From: a bacterium
Lineage (GTDB): Archaea; Thermoplasmatota; E2; JACPAO01; JAHFTW01
DNA length: 64,000 bases
Direction of reading: 5' to 3'
Assembly: GCA_040390065.1 (NCBI GenBank)
Contig: JAZJZE010000004.1
Span: 64,001 to 128,000, forward strand
In this document: one piece after another, positions 28,626 through 38,987 of the stretch
How positions within the stretch are numbered: the stretch's first letter is position 1
Layout of the letters: every line of letters starts with the position of its first letter
The notes under the pieces: generated by a model
What the model was told of the DNA's origin: nothing
What the model saw: the letters and a program-made list of their open reading frames with translations, nothing else
Databases searched by the model: none
Program-made: the position numbers and the translations under genes

Positions 28626-29492
28626 TCAACGGCAGCGGGTGGCTGGCGTCCAATAGAAATGCTCGAACGAAGGCGAAGGCAAACCGCATGCCGCGAAGGT
28701 CGTCCCAATTAGGGTTCGGGCTTCGTCTTCCGTCCCCGGAGAACTTTCCGGGCTTCGAAAGATTACGGTGACGTGGTCGTTTGCATCGACATGTACGCCA
28801 GGGTAGGGCGTGTCTCCTGGCGGGCATACGCCTAGAGAACGGTAGTCAAATTCGAACGTCCAGTCGCCAACGGATTGATGGGTCTTGTTCGGTTGACTTG
28901 CCCCGAGTTCCTCGTAGAGTGCGGAAAGCCGCAGTGGTAGTGCCCCCTGCCAGTTGATTGCAGGGTAACCATAGGTCGGGGTGTACGGCTGGCGGCTCCA
29001 TTCGACGGCAAGCTGCGTCCGATTGATGGAAGACAGGGAAGTTGTCCTTTCCAGGAAATCTTCCATTCCCGCCGTCGAATTTGGTGGTCCGCCGTATTCC
29101 AACGTGATGTTAACTGGGTCTGCGCGCCAGTATCTGCTTGTGGGCGCCCTGCCGCCCGGCTCAATCCCAGCCGATGGCATGTTCGAAGGCATCCAGGAAA
29201 CGGCCAACAACTTGACGTCGCCATGGAAGGCCCGGCTGACGCTCTGGTTGTAAAAAGGAAGACCTTGAATGTCACCCCAGTAGCCCGTCACCGTACCGCT
29301 AAACCCGCTGCCAGGCGTGGCACGCTGCTGCGCAGCCACATAGACAGAGGGCTGATCCCAGGATGCGGCGCCTGGTTCATCCCTGCATCCGAACCCGCCG
29401 AGACAACCGGCCACTAGGAGCGCCAGAGGCACAATCGCGGCTTGGGCGACCAGACGACCTGCACCTGAAATCGAGGCGGAGCCTTCGTGCAT
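28626..29492 (-). CDS. Lipoprotein of unknown function (candidate immunity protein)
   Basis: Start inferred at MHEGS; LLVAGC lipobox; 11 nt downstream of the giant hydrolase gene. Confidence 0.7.
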   Translation of the reverse strand: MHEGSASISGAGRLVAQAAIVPLALLVAGCLGGFGCRDEPGAASWDQPSVYVAAQQRATPGSGFSGTVTGYWGDIQGLPFYNQSVSRAFHGDVKLLAVSWMPSNMPSAGIEPGGRAPTSRYWRADPVNITLEYGGPPNSTAGMEDFLERTTSLSSINRTQLAVEWSRQPYTPTYGYPAINWQGALPLRLSALYEELGASQPNKTHQSVGDWTFEFDYRSLGVCPPGDTPYPGVHVDANDHVTVIFRSPESSPGTEDEARTLIGTTFAACGLPSPSFEHFYWTPATRCR

Positions 29493-29503
29493 GGCCACTT
29501 CCC

Positions 29504-32500
29504 CTAGCACGTCATCACGGTCGCTCCGGGGTCCTTCACCTTGGCAAGTAGAATTCCTTGGCCGGACGCGCTGGAGATGGCACTGCCTGCCAGGCCAGGG
29601 CGCGCCGCCGCATTGGGGGGGCCAAGAGTCCATGCGTTGGAGGCTATGTCGTACCGTTGGACGGCGTTCGTGGCCACGTTGTGGTTGAAGCCACCCACCA
29701 CACATATGCCTGATGCTCCACTAATCGCGACGGCGTCTTGGACGGCCAGTGGCATGTCCGGAATCGTTCCCGGCGTCGCCCAGGCGCCGACGCAGGCATC
29801 GAAGATGTCAACGGAGGCCAACTCGGATGCCGGAGCGCCCCAACTGTTGCCGCCAGCGACAATCATGGGGGCACAGAATCCAGGAATGGGAGCCGAACTC
29901 AAGGTCACGGATTGCACGTCGGCGCGAGGCGTCGGCATGGGCATCACCCCAAGCGACCACGTCAAGGTCGAAAGGTCCAGCACCTGTACGTTGCCTTGCG
30001 CTCCGCACCCATACATGACGGCACAAGTGCGTCCGCCGAAGACGAAGATTTGGTTGCCCCAAGCCGCCGCTCCCGCCCCCGCTACAGCAACGGGCATCGG
30101 GTTCGGCAGCGTCGTCCAGGCACCCGTCGTGGAATCGTAGGCGTCGACGGTACCGCAAACCTTGGTGGGGCCGCACGCGTCGCTCTTGCCACCAATGACG
30201 TAGTAGACCGTTCCGACGGATACGCCGACGGCTTGGCTGCGCCGCGTCGGCGCCGGAGGCAGGCCATACCAAACCTTGGTCACGTCATTGTAACACGCGG
30301 CAGCATCGGAATCACTTGTCGGATCGTTGTCATGCAAGAGCCCGTTGCTTACGACCACTGTTCCAGAGCCCACGCTCCCGGACGGCGGCGCGCACCAGCC
30401 CGCATACGCGGCGGCCGGCGCCGAAAGCAATGGCGCCGCCACGCAGGCGGGCGGCGTGCCAACCATTCCGGCCGGGCACGTTGCGCCGGTGCATGACGCG
30501 AGGGCATCTACGAGGGCCGAGCCATCAACGGGCAAACTCAATCCCTTGATGTTCGTCGTGATGCAGCGAACCACGGGTGGCGGGGCCCCTTCCAAGCAGT
30601 TGAGCAGGCGCTTGAGTTGCGGCGCCATATTTGGCACGTCATCGCCGGGCGGCAACTGCGGTGGGATGCCGATGGGTACGCACGGCACGGTCGGGAATGA
30701 GTCGAAGGGCAGGCTGTTGGCCAGGCACGCCACGGTGTGGTTCAGGTCCAGTTGCACGGCCTCGGCAATCACGTTGTCGGGGCTGGACAGGAGGATGCTG
30801 GCGCATGTTCTGCGCCACTCGCCAAACGTGATGTATACGCCGACGGTGCGGCTGTCTTGCCGCGTCACGCCGCCATATGTGGCCGTAATCGTGACCGGGT
30901 AGACGCCCGGCAGCGCGTACCGGAAGGAGCCGGCATACACGCCGTCTCCTGCACTTGCATCGGGTGCGACGCCGTCGTCATGCAGGTCGACCGTGACGGT
31001 CGCGTTCGTGATGGAATCAAGTGTCGTCGCAGTCACGACTGCGCCTGTCTGGGGGACACCATTGAGCCAGACGACGCCGCGGAGCGTCGCGTCGCTTGCG
31101 ACCTGTACCATGGTGTCAGTGCGGTCGCCGACGGCAAGACTGCCGTGCATGACCAAGTCGCCTTGCGGTGGGTCCGCCGCGACGCCGGCATACGTGATGG
31201 CAATCGTCCAGTCTCCGTCCGCTGGGTGGTCAACAAAGAGCGACCCAAACGGGAACGGGGCAACGTCGAAGGCCCCCGACCATCCAATGTCCGTGCCAAG
31301 GCCTTGGACGTCCGAGAAGGAGTTGACGGTTCCGTCCGGCCGCGTCACGGCAACCATCGCGCCTTGCAAGGATGCTTCCGAGTGGACGTTGAGGGTCATC
31401 TCGTCGAGGCCAGAGGCGGACACATGGAAGGTGGCAATCGAGTTGCCGCCGGCAGTGGTCATGGCGGCAACGAGGCGGGCCCGCGTTTCGTCTTTGTGCG
31501 GATCATCTGTGTACGCAGCGGCGGGCGCGCTGGCGGACAGAAGCGAGAAGCCGGCCCCGGAGTCGTTGCAGATTCCCGAGTTGCGGTAGCCTTCGAGGTA
31601 GCTCGTCGTGAGGTCGCGGAAGAACGTCTTGTCCATCATGCGCGATGTGCTTCCCGGGGCGTTGTAGTCGTGCCCGTATCCGGGGTCGTGGCGGATGTAG
31701 CTGCAACTCTTGGAGTCGCGGTTGTGGGTTGCGCTGTCCGTGCCGACCGCGCCGTCGCCGCAACTCCCGTCATGCCAAAACGCTCCCGCTTGGCATACGT
31801 CGCCGGCCAGGTGGAAGTAGCCGATACGCGGGTGGTTGTGATACGTGTTTTCAAGGGCGTCGGGCGTCGGGTACCACGAGGCCCCAATTACGGGGTTGGC
31901 GTCGGTCGCATCCATGAGTTCCGGGTCAATTTGGACGTTGACTTTTGATCCATCGCCCCACGCGCTGTTGCGGGTGGTGGTGCCGTCTCCCCACCACCCG
32001 TATTTCCAGCCCTGGTACCGCACGTAGAGGTCCCTGCCGCTGCCGTCAACGTAGTAGCTTTGTTGGCCCTTGGGCTTACTCGTCGCTTGGCAGCCCGAGC
32101 CCATGCTGGTGAGGCTTTGGTCGCAAATGTTGTACTTGTATTGCACGACGTTCGAGCCGAGATTCGGCGTTCCCATCGTAATGAGGTTGGCCACCATCCT
32201 TTCCGGAGTGTGCCCCTCCTGGGCCAGCTTGGTTTCAATCATGTAACGCGCCACTAGACCGCCAGCGCTGTGCGCAATCACATCTACAGGACCCAAGAAT
32301 GCGATGTTTACGCCGTCGGAATCTTGCGTCCGTGGCACGTTTCCGAAGTCCGTTTCAAAGTTTCCGTCTTTCAGGCCCCGTTGGTATCCGGCATGAATTG
32401 CATTGATGTGCCCTTCGAGCGTCTGCGTCGAGCTTCGGAGGTCTTGCTTGCCGTTGTATTCCACGTTGCTGAAGGCTCGGTTGTCTTTGGCCCATGACCA

Positions 32501-35125
32501 TGGATTTTGGCCGAGGTTGTATTCAGCCGAGGACTTCATCCCTGACGCGAAGTCGTCCGCCCAGTTGGCAACGTCATCAAGGTAGGCCTTTTCGTTGGCA
32601 AGATAACCCGCTGGGTTGAAACCGTGAACGAAGACCAATGGCGGAGCCACAAGTTCGGCCTGCACGGTCTGCACCGAGAGACGGAAGGTGCCTGCCCCCG
32701 TTGGCAAAGGTTCAGCGACGAGGCGGTAAACCGTCTGGTAGTGGCTATCGGTCTGTAGCATGTCGACGCCAGCCAGATGCGTGCCGATGCCGGTATCCGG
32801 CGTCAATGTCCAGCACGACTGGCTCGCGCACAGGTGCAGCGTTCCGTACATGTCGGCATCCGGCATCGTCGTCCAGTGGCCACCGACGGCGTCGTAGCGT
32901 TCGAGGTGAGCGAACTTGACGTAGGCTCCGTCCTTGGCCGGGTCCGGCGGCATGGCCGAGCCCCCTAGGTCAAGGCGGAAATGCATCCAGAACTTGGAGA
33001 ACGTCGTCCCGTCAGCGTTCCTGAGGTCCATGTGACGATTGAATTGCCCCCATTCAATCAGGAAATCGTTCTCATCCGCGCCCGCGTCCGTGGTCGCGTG
33101 GACGATGTGGTCGCTCCAACCCATGGGTGAATTGTCGTCGCCCCATGGCGGGCAGATCGATGTCGGTGGATTGACTTGGCCAGCACAGATGGGAATCGTC
33201 GCTCCAAGGGTGTTCGCGCTGCCCGCCAACGTGGCCCACGTCCTGCCAGTCGTTTCGGCGCCCGGCCCCTCCGGCAATGTGGCGTCGTCGGGCTCGTAAG
33301 CCGTCACCTTGTAGTCGTATTGACCCCCATTGACGGTCGGCCCGCCCGCTCCATTGTCCACGAACGCCAAGCCAGGGCCGGACCAGCGCGGCGAGCCCCA
33401 GTCGGTGGCGCCGTGGTCGCGGCGGTACAAGTGGTACGCGGTGGCGGGAAGATAGCCCGTGGGTACGGGCGTGCTCCAATCCAACTTGTTCTCCAGTGCA
33501 TGGTCGCCGTAGTGGAACGCCAAGGCTTGCGGAGCGCCCGGCGTAGTGTAGGGCGCGGCGCTTGGGTCGCCGCTACTGGCGGGACTGGTTCCGACGGAGT
33601 TCTGCGCCGTCACGCGGAAGTAGTACGTCGTCCCGGGCACGAGGGCGATTCCCCCCGGACCGACGGTCGTCGCCTTCGACGTGGTTGCCGACGTGGCCGT
33701 CGAATCGACTTCGGCTCCGGCCGCAGTCGAAGCCAGGATGTGATATGTCACGGTTGAGCCGCAATTCGCCACTGCGGCCCACGCGACGGTTACTGTGCCG
33801 GCGCCGGGTCCGGCCGTTGCCGTGACTCCGGTGGGGGCTGCGGGGATGTCGGGTGGCGTCGTGGCTGACGCAGTTGCAGGGTCGCCCCAGCCCCATGCGT
33901 TGTGCGCCTTGACGATGTAGGACTTGAGGGTGCCGCATGGGATTCCTGTCTGCGTGTAGGGCGACGTGGTCGCCCCCGGGATGGCCGCGCCGGTGGCGGC
34001 GTCGTACAGTTGGTAACCAGTGATGGCGCTGCCACCGTTACTTGTGGCGGGCGTCCAGGCGACTTTGATGGAGTGCGACGTCAACGCGGTAGCGGTAATC
34101 GAGGCCGGGCTGCCGGGCGTCGTGGCGAGCGTGATGGTGGCGCCGTTGCTGGCGGCACTCGTGAAGTGGTAGTTTACCGCCTTCACGGTGTACGTGTAGG
34201 AGATGCCCGGCGGCACGCCGTCTTGAATCCAGAACGTCGTACCCGAGGCAACACTCCAGACGGAGTTCGCCGAGTCGGAGCGGTAAATCAGGAATGCCCA
34301 GGCCGTATCCCCGCCCCAATACGTCGGCGCGTTCCAATACAGCGTCACTTGGCCAAGAGCGGACTGCTCCACCGTCAGCGCCGTCGGAGCGCCGGGCGTA
34401 TCGTAGTCCTTGTCATGGACTTCGGCGCTCGTGCTCTTGACGGTGCTTGTCACGACGGCCTTGACCTTGTAGTAGTTCTCCTGCCCCGGAGTAAGCCCGC
34501 CATGCTGGTACGTGAAGACGTTGTTCGGCGCCGTATAGACGAGCGTATTCTCGTTCCCCGGCGAGGTCCCCCACCAGACCTCGTAGTTCACGACCGGGTA
34601 GCAGAACGTCCCGGTGGCCTGGCCCCATGACACCGTGACTTGCTTGGGGCCGGGACCCCACTGGGCACTGGCCGAAGGGACTGTCGGGGTTTGCGGCGTG
34701 GCCGAAGGCGGGTCAATCGTTATGGAACGCGCGTTCGAAACGTACTTGGGGCCAATCGGAATGTCGCCCGGGGCCGTTTCCATGTCGAAGGCATCCCACG
34801 TGTAGCTTCCGGCCGTGCAGAATGGCCAGTTCCAATTGTAGCTTGATGGAAAGGACGTCTGGTCTATGAGCCACGACGATTGACCCGTACTAATGTCAAC
34901 GCCCGTGCGGATGTGAGTTCCCGCGTCCGCATGACTCGTCCAACTTAGCAGCACGTTGCCCGCGGGAAAATGCGAGCCGGAAGCCGGGCCGTCAAGGGTC
35001 GGCCAGGTCGCTGCCGCCTGGACGCCATGGGCCAGAACGACGACGGCACCGAATGCCGCGAGGGTTCCTAGCGTGAGGACGGCGGCGGAAACAGGGGCCG
35101 GCGGGGTAGGTAGGCGGGACTTCAT
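29504..35125 (-). CDS. ~1870-aa secreted protein: Fn3 repeats + alpha/beta hydrolase (lipase-like) + choice-of-anchor-X-like + Kelch repeats
   Basis: Signal/TM; about 5 Fn3 units (V.W..P...Y.V.A.N); VFVHGF, IAHSAGGLVAR, TMGTPNLGS, DGAV; LHDDG..PD..AGDGVY; Kelch YVIGG, IFVFGG, PMPTPR. Confidence 0.85.
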   Translation of the reverse strand: MKSRLPTPPAPVSAAVLTLGTLAAFGAVVVLAHGVQAAATWPTLDGPASGSHFPAGNVLLSWTSHADAGTHIRTGVDISTGQSSWLIDQTSFPSSYNWNWPFCTAGSYTWDAFDMETAPGDIPIGPKYVSNARSITIDPPSATPQTPTVPSASAQWGPGPKQVTVSWGQATGTFCYPVVNYEVWWGTSPGNENTLVYTAPNNVFTYQHGGLTPGQENYYKVKAVVTSTVKSTSAEVHDKDYDTPGAPTALTVEQSALGQVTLYWNAPTYWGGDTAWAFLIYRSDSANSVWSVASGTTFWIQDGVPPGISYTYTVKAVNYHFTSAASNGATITLATTPGSPASITATALTSHSIKVAWTPATSNGGSAITGYQLYDAATGAAIPGATTSPYTQTGIPCGTLKSYIVKAHNAWGWGDPATASATTPPDIPAAPTGVTATAGPGAGTVTVAWAAVANCGSTVTYHILASTAAGAEVDSTATSATTSKATTVGPGGIALVPGTTYYFRVTAQNSVGTSPASSGDPSAAPYTTPGAPQALAFHYGDHALENKLDWSTPVPTGYLPATAYHLYRRDHGATDWGSPRWSGPGLAFVDNGAGGPTVNGGQYDYKVTAYEPDDATLPEGPGAETTGRTWATLAGSANTLGATIPICAGQVNPPTSICPPWGDDNSPMGWSDHIVHATTDAGADENDFLIEWGQFNRHMDLRNADGTTFSKFWMHFRLDLGGSAMPPDPAKDGAYVKFAHLERYDAVGGHWTTMPDADMYGTLHLCASQSCWTLTPDTGIGTHLAGVDMLQTDSHYQTVYRLVAEPLPTGAGTFRLSVQTVQAELVAPPLVFVHGFNPAGYLANEKAYLDDVANWADDFASGMKSSAEYNLGQNPWSWAKDNRAFSNVEYNGKQDLRSSTQTLEGHINAIHAGYQRGLKDGNFETDFGNVPRTQDSDGVNIAFLGPVDVIAHSAGGLVARYMIETKLAQEGHTPERMVANLITMGTPNLGSNVVQYKYNICDQSLTSMGSGCQATSKPKGQQSYYVDGSGRDLYVRYQGWKYGWWGDGTTTRNSAWGDGSKVNVQIDPELMDATDANPVIGASWYPTPDALENTYHNHPRIGYFHLAGDVCQAGAFWHDGSCGDGAVGTDSATHNRDSKSCSYIRHDPGYGHDYNAPGSTSRMMDKTFFRDLTTSYLEGYRNSGICNDSGAGFSLLSASAPAAAYTDDPHKDETRARLVAAMTTAGGNSIATFHVSASGLDEMTLNVHSEASLQGAMVAVTRPDGTVNSFSDVQGLGTDIGWSGAFDVAPFPFGSLFVDHPADGDWTIAITYAGVAADPPQGDLVMHGSLAVGDRTDTMVQVASDATLRGVVWLNGVPQTGAVVTATTLDSITNATVTVDLHDDGVAPDASAGDGVYAGSFRYALPGVYPVTITATYGGVTRQDSRTVGVYITFGEWRRTCASILLSSPDNVIAEAVQLDLNHTVACLANSLPFDSFPTVPCVPIGIPPQLPPGDDVPNMAPQLKRLLNCLEGAPPPVVRCITTNIKGLSLPVDGSALVDALASCTGATCPAGMVGTPPACVAAPLLSAPAAAYAGWCAPPSGSVGSGTVVVSNGLLHDNDPTSDSDAAACYNDVTKVWYGLPPAPTRRSQAVGVSVGTVYYVIGGKSDACGPTKVCGTVDAYDSTTGAWTTLPNPMPVAVAGAGAAAWGNQIFVFGGRTCAVMYGCGAQGNVQVLDLSTLTWSLGVMPMPTPRADVQSVTLSSAPIPGFCAPMIVAGGNSWGAPASELASVDIFDACVGAWATPGTIPDMPLAVQDAVAISGASGICVVGGFNHNVATNAVQRYDIASNAWTLGPPNAAARPGLAGSAISSASGQGILLAKVKDPGATVMTC

Positions 35126-35283
35126 GCAATCAGGCTCCACGGTGGCTCTCGGGGGAAAAGGAGGCAAAGACGTGAGACACCAAACACGAATCCGAGAGTG
35201 CTCAACAACGCCAAGAAGCGCTGTCTAAGCGATTTCTGGAGGCTGATTCGGCAGTTGAACGTTTCGGGCCGTATCCCATTTGA

Positions 35284-35565
35284 ATGGCAACCGTGTCTGG
35301 CACCACAATGCCCCGCCTCAAGAAGGGAGCGCCGCCGCCTGAACCCCTCGTGACGGTTGGCATCAAGCGGGGTGTGGTGGACAAGGTTGACCACTACTTG
35401 GACACGCACCCGGAATCGGCCTTCAAGAACCGCAACGAGTTTGCCACGCACGCGATTGCCGACAAGCTGCGGGACCTGGAACGGGAAGAGCATGAGCGAC
35501 TCCTGATGGAAGCCTACAAGTCCGGCAAGGCCGGGCCGTTGGAGCAACTGCGCCCCAAGGCCTAA
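35284..35565 (+). CDS. Ribbon-helix-helix (CopG/MetJ-like) regulator
   Basis: VTVGIKRGVVDKVD...FKNRNEFATHAI pattern. Confidence 0.7.
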   Translation: MATVSGTTMPRLKKGAPPPEPLVTVGIKRGVVDKVDHYLDTHPESAFKNRNEFATHAIADKLRDLEREEHERLLMEAYKSGKAGPLEQLRPKA

Positions 35566-37112
35566 GCGAAGGCGGGATCTCGAACGCGCGAGGCCACCCG
35601 TTGCAGTGTTGCACGCATCGAGAACAGCAGGGCCCCGCCTTCCAAGGATTCCCAACGCGGGTCTTCCAGTGCCTCCTGGAACGTGGGGAAGTGGTCGCGG
35701 CTCAAGCGCTCCAGCCACACGACGGCCTCCTGGTCCTTGCCGCACTCTTTCGCCTCCTCGGCGCACAGCCGCGCGACTCCGGCTCGCTCGCGGCCTTCCG
35801 GCACCAATGGGTAGGCTTCCGTGAAGATGGCCAATGCTGCGGCATGGTGGCCGCGCTGCCGGGCGATGCTGCCCTCCAAGACGCGGCCATCCAACGATGC
35901 GGGGAACGCCTTCAGGCAGCGATGAACCAACTTGGCCGCCTTGGCGAAACGGCCGCGTAGTCGTGCCTGATTGGCCATGTGCCAGTACGCCGCGCCGCGC
36001 CGCTGGCGAAACGTGGCCGGCAGCGAGAAGCCAGTCGGTTTTCCCGCCCAGCGAAGCCACGAATAGCGAATGTTCGGACGTCCCGCGACGACGGCGCCCG
36101 TCAGGAGAGTTGCGGCAAGTGTCCAAAACCACACCGACGGAACAGTGCCAGCCGTCGGGCCTGTAACGACCTGCCCGGCCAGCGAAATCTCGCCTGCGGG
36201 TCCATCCATGTCGACGTGGAAGGGCTGCATGACGTCCTGGCCCGCGACGAGAAGCGGCGGTGGTGCCTGCACGTCCAAGCGCTGCGACTGGAGCGTCTGA
36301 ACATGGTCGCCAACCGTCACGGGCCCCGAGGCGACTAGGGATACTGTGCTCGCGATGAGTTCCGCTAGGCCTTGCGTAATGACGAGGGCGGGCTTCGCAG
36401 AGGGCAGGGTCAATGTTCCGTTCTTGACGAAGAGGTAGACTTCCACGTCGCGTCCTGCGACTGGATTGTCCGGAAGCAGCGGCGAGGGTTGGGAGCCCGT
36501 CTTGAGGTCGGTGCTTTGCCCGCCTGATTGGAGGGTGGCATCCCATTCCCACAGCGAGAGTTGGAAGTCGCCGCGGACAGTTAGTGCAGTGCAGTCTTGC
36601 CAGGCCAGTCCGCGCGACGTGTCGCGCTCCAGGTTTCCGCGCTGAGGTGTCACGAGGGGCACGCGGACGACTTTCGCGGCCTTCGTCGCTTCCGTCTGTC
36701 CGCAATTTGCTTCGACCGTGGGGGGAACTTCGCCGGTTAGGGAAGCGAGATTCCATCGGTGGCCGGCTCGGTTTGCCGTCCCGCGGACTGTGGCTTGGTC
36801 GTAGTCGGCTGGGGTTGTCGTCGGATTGATGCGCTTGGGCGTGGACGTGGGGTGCAGGGAAATGTCGGCGGAATCCGTTTCCGCCCGAATGTGCGTAGCG
36901 CGCAGCGCGAAGGCTGACGGGGCCAGGCCTGGAGTATCCGTGGCGTCCTCCTCGAATGCCACCGTCAAGGAGCTGCGGACCGTGCCCTTGGATGTCTGCA
37001 AGGAGGAGGCCGAGAGGTGAGCCTGAATCGTCAGGCCCTCCGCCGCTTGCGCTACCGCCGCGAAACACAGCAGGAGCACGATTGCCGATGTAGCCCACCG
37101 CATTGGTTTCAC
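35562..37112 (-). CDS. Single-pass membrane protein with extracellular beta-rich domain and cytoplasmic TPR-like repeats
   Basis: Signal peptide, TM (VWFWTLAATLLTGAVVA), TPR-like helices (GRFAKAAKLVHRCL, GHHAAALAIF). Confidence 0.7.
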   Translation of the reverse strand: MKPMRWATSAIVLLLCFAAVAQAAEGLTIQAHLSASSLQTSKGTVRSSLTVAFEEDATDTPGLAPSAFALRATHIRAETDSADISLHPTSTPKRINPTTTPADYDQATVRGTANRAGHRWNLASLTGEVPPTVEANCGQTEATKAAKVVRVPLVTPQRGNLERDTSRGLAWQDCTALTVRGDFQLSLWEWDATLQSGGQSTDLKTGSQPSPLLPDNPVAGRDVEVYLFVKNGTLTLPSAKPALVITQGLAELIASTVSLVASGPVTVGDHVQTLQSQRLDVQAPPPLLVAGQDVMQPFHVDMDGPAGEISLAGQVVTGPTAGTVPSVWFWTLAATLLTGAVVAGRPNIRYSWLRWAGKPTGFSLPATFRQRRGAAYWHMANQARLRGRFAKAAKLVHRCLKAFPASLDGRVLEGSIARQRGHHAAALAIFTEAYPLVPEGRERAGVARLCAEEAKECGKDQEAVVWLERLSRDHFPTFQEALEDPRWESLEGGALLFSMRATLQRVASRVRDPAFA

Positions 37113-37604
37113 CTAGGGAAGGCACTCGTCTCGAATGCCATACGCCACGAAGGGGGGGTACGTGTAGATGGCCAGCGACAGCGGGTCGCAAGGCACGCCG
37201 GGGACGCCGCCTCCGCCCTTTGCGACCCAGAGGGTGTCGCTTTGGGGGCTCTCGACGCTGGATGCGACGGCCTTGACGTAGTAGTAGTGGATTCCCGAAA
37301 TGGTAGCCAGATTCTCCGAGTATGATGTCGTCGTGGTCGTTGCGGCAAGGGCATCGTCGCGGTAGACGTTGTAGGAATCTGGTGTTCCAGAGGTGGGGGC
37401 GAGCCACGAGATGGTTAGCATCTGCCTGGAGGCGTCGTAGCTGCCGGAGACGCCGCGCGGCGCCGAGGGCGGCATCACGCACAGGGGCCCGTCGAGGACG
37501 ATGGCGCAGCCGCCCACCGTGACGGGGCAAGCCGCGACGGAGCCGGCAAGAATCAATAGAACCGCGATGCCCAAGTGGAAGCGCAGGAGGACCACCGAAT
37601 CCAA
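37113..37604 (-). CDS. Small secreted Fn3-domain protein
   Basis: PSAPRGV...ISWLAP...YNVYRD...YYYVKAV; Cys-bounded C-terminal tail. Confidence 0.75.
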   Translation of the reverse strand: MDSVVLLRFHLGIAVLLILAGSVAACPVTVGGCAIVLDGPLCVMPPSAPRGVSGSYDASRQMLTISWLAPTSGTPDSYNVYRDDALAATTTTTSYSENLATISGIHYYYVKAVASSVESPQSDTLWVAKGGGGVPGVPCDPLSLAIYTYPPFVAYGIRDECLP

Positions 37605-37649
37605 CCCATCCTCTCCGGCACCTAAGCGTATTGGCTAGAATGAGCCCAT

Positions 37650-38987
37650 TCATGTGGCGAGCCTCCTGGACTTGCTCGTTTTCACGGTCATGCTGGCATA
37701 GAGCCCATCCAATTCCCGCCAGGCCGCTTTCGCCAGGATTTCGACGCCGCCGGTGAAGTCGATTTCGACGCCCTCCCGCTCGGCGAGGTACACGAGACGG
37801 GCGAGGTTGTGGGCGATGACCATGCACAAGACCTCGTTGCGGCGGGCCTCGGGGTCGCGTGAGTAGACTTGGTCGCCAAGAAACGCCTTGAAGGCGTGAT
37901 TTCCTGCTTCGGCGTTGCTGCGGCGGTTCGCCTTGGCCACATAGGCGGCGGGGTCGAGGCGGGCGGCGTTGACGACGCGCTTGAAGGCGCGGTTGCGCTC
38001 GTAGTGGTCCGGGTTGGCGTTGCGCTTGAGTTTGACTTGGGCATCAATGCCCCGGCGTTGGAGGTACTCGAAGATGTACGCGGCCTGGTACGCCTTGTCG
38101 CCACCAACCTCCTTCACGTCCAACATCAACAACGCGCGCTCAAGAAGCGGCAAGAGCCACGGGGCCTCGCCAAACGGACCGGCCTGCGAGTGGATGCCCG
38201 CAATCATCGTGAACCTGTATGTCCACAAGATTTCCGTGAAGAGCCACGCGTGCTCCCGGCGCTCACTGCGGCGATGGTGTTTCTCCTCGAAGAAGGCCGT
38301 GAAGTGCTGCGTCGTGAGACCCGTGCCGTCGGGGTGGATGAGCGACTCGTAGCTGCGCACCGGCCACAAAGTCAAGAGGGCGAGTTTTTCGAGGATGACG
38401 TGCGTGTCCGGGTGGGCGAGGAAGCGGCTGATGGTGCTGCGTCCGCAGGCGCCGTAGGGGTTGTGCTCGACGTGGCCCGGGCGTTGCATGTTGCCTTGGT
38501 TGTGGTTGAGGTTGCCGCGCTCCGCCACCCGCATTACGGACTGGTAGACGAGGGCGTGGGTGGCCTTGAACGGCCGCCCGCGCCTGCGTTGGCGTGGCGC
38601 CTCGATGACGGGCAAACCCGAGCGCAGCAAGCGCCCAAGGTATTCCGGCAGAAGGGTGGGGACGAGTTGCCAGGCTCTTGCTTCAAGGCCGTGGTCGCGC
38701 GCCGTGTCGCTCTTGCGAAACACCGCCACGCCCTCTACTGCAACGAGGCCTTCCTGGATGAGGACGGCCAGGATGTGGCTGCACGGGTGGTCTTGGTTGA
38801 ACTTGGGGTCCGTGCGGCAGCGCCACTGGTCCCCAGAGCGGTAGACTTGCACACGCCGGCCCGGAGTCCGCAGGCTGGCGACGTCGAAGTGGTCGGGGTC
38901 GACTTGGACGACGCCGTCGGGGCGGTCGAGGATGAGGCGCGCGTTGTGCACGACGCGGCGCGGCAAGCGCGCCAGGTCCAGGCTCAC
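37650..38987 (-). CDS. DDE transposase (IS4/IS5-superfamily-like) with N-terminal SWIM-like Zn finger
   Basis: WRCRTD...PCSHILAV; HPDGTG, GGDKAY, R-x3-E-x6-K (RSNAEAGNHAFK), NEVLCMVIAHNL; GGAGG upstream of GTG GTG (38990/38987). Confidence 0.88.
   Translation of the reverse strand: MSLDLARLPRRVVHNARLILDRPDGVVQVDPDHFDVASLRTPGRRVQVYRSGDQWRCRTDPKFNQDHPCSHILAVLIQEGLVAVEGVAVFRKSDTARDHGLEARAWQLVPTLLPEYLGRLLRSGLPVIEAPRQRRRGRPFKATHALVYQSVMRVAERGNLNHNQGNMQRPGHVEHNPYGACGRSTISRFLAHPDTHVILEKLALLTLWPVRSYESLIHPDGTGLTTQHFTAFFEEKHHRRSERREHAWLFTEILWTYRFTMIAGIHSQAGPFGEAPWLLPLLERALLMLDVKEVGGDKAYQAAYIFEYLQRRGIDAQVKLKRNANPDHYERNRAFKRVVNAARLDPAAYVAKANRRSNAEAGNHAFKAFLGDQVYSRDPEARRNEVLCMVIAHNLARLVYLAEREGVEIDFTGGVEILAKAAWRELDGLYASMTVKTSKSRRLAT

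Noticed and set aside
35122-37827. 901-aa ORF and many other long Arg/Pro-rich ORFs (e.g. 25653-27689, 4007-5629, 53907-55364)
   Set aside because: Shadow or antisense frames of well-supported genes in high-GC DNA, with no recognisable motifs.
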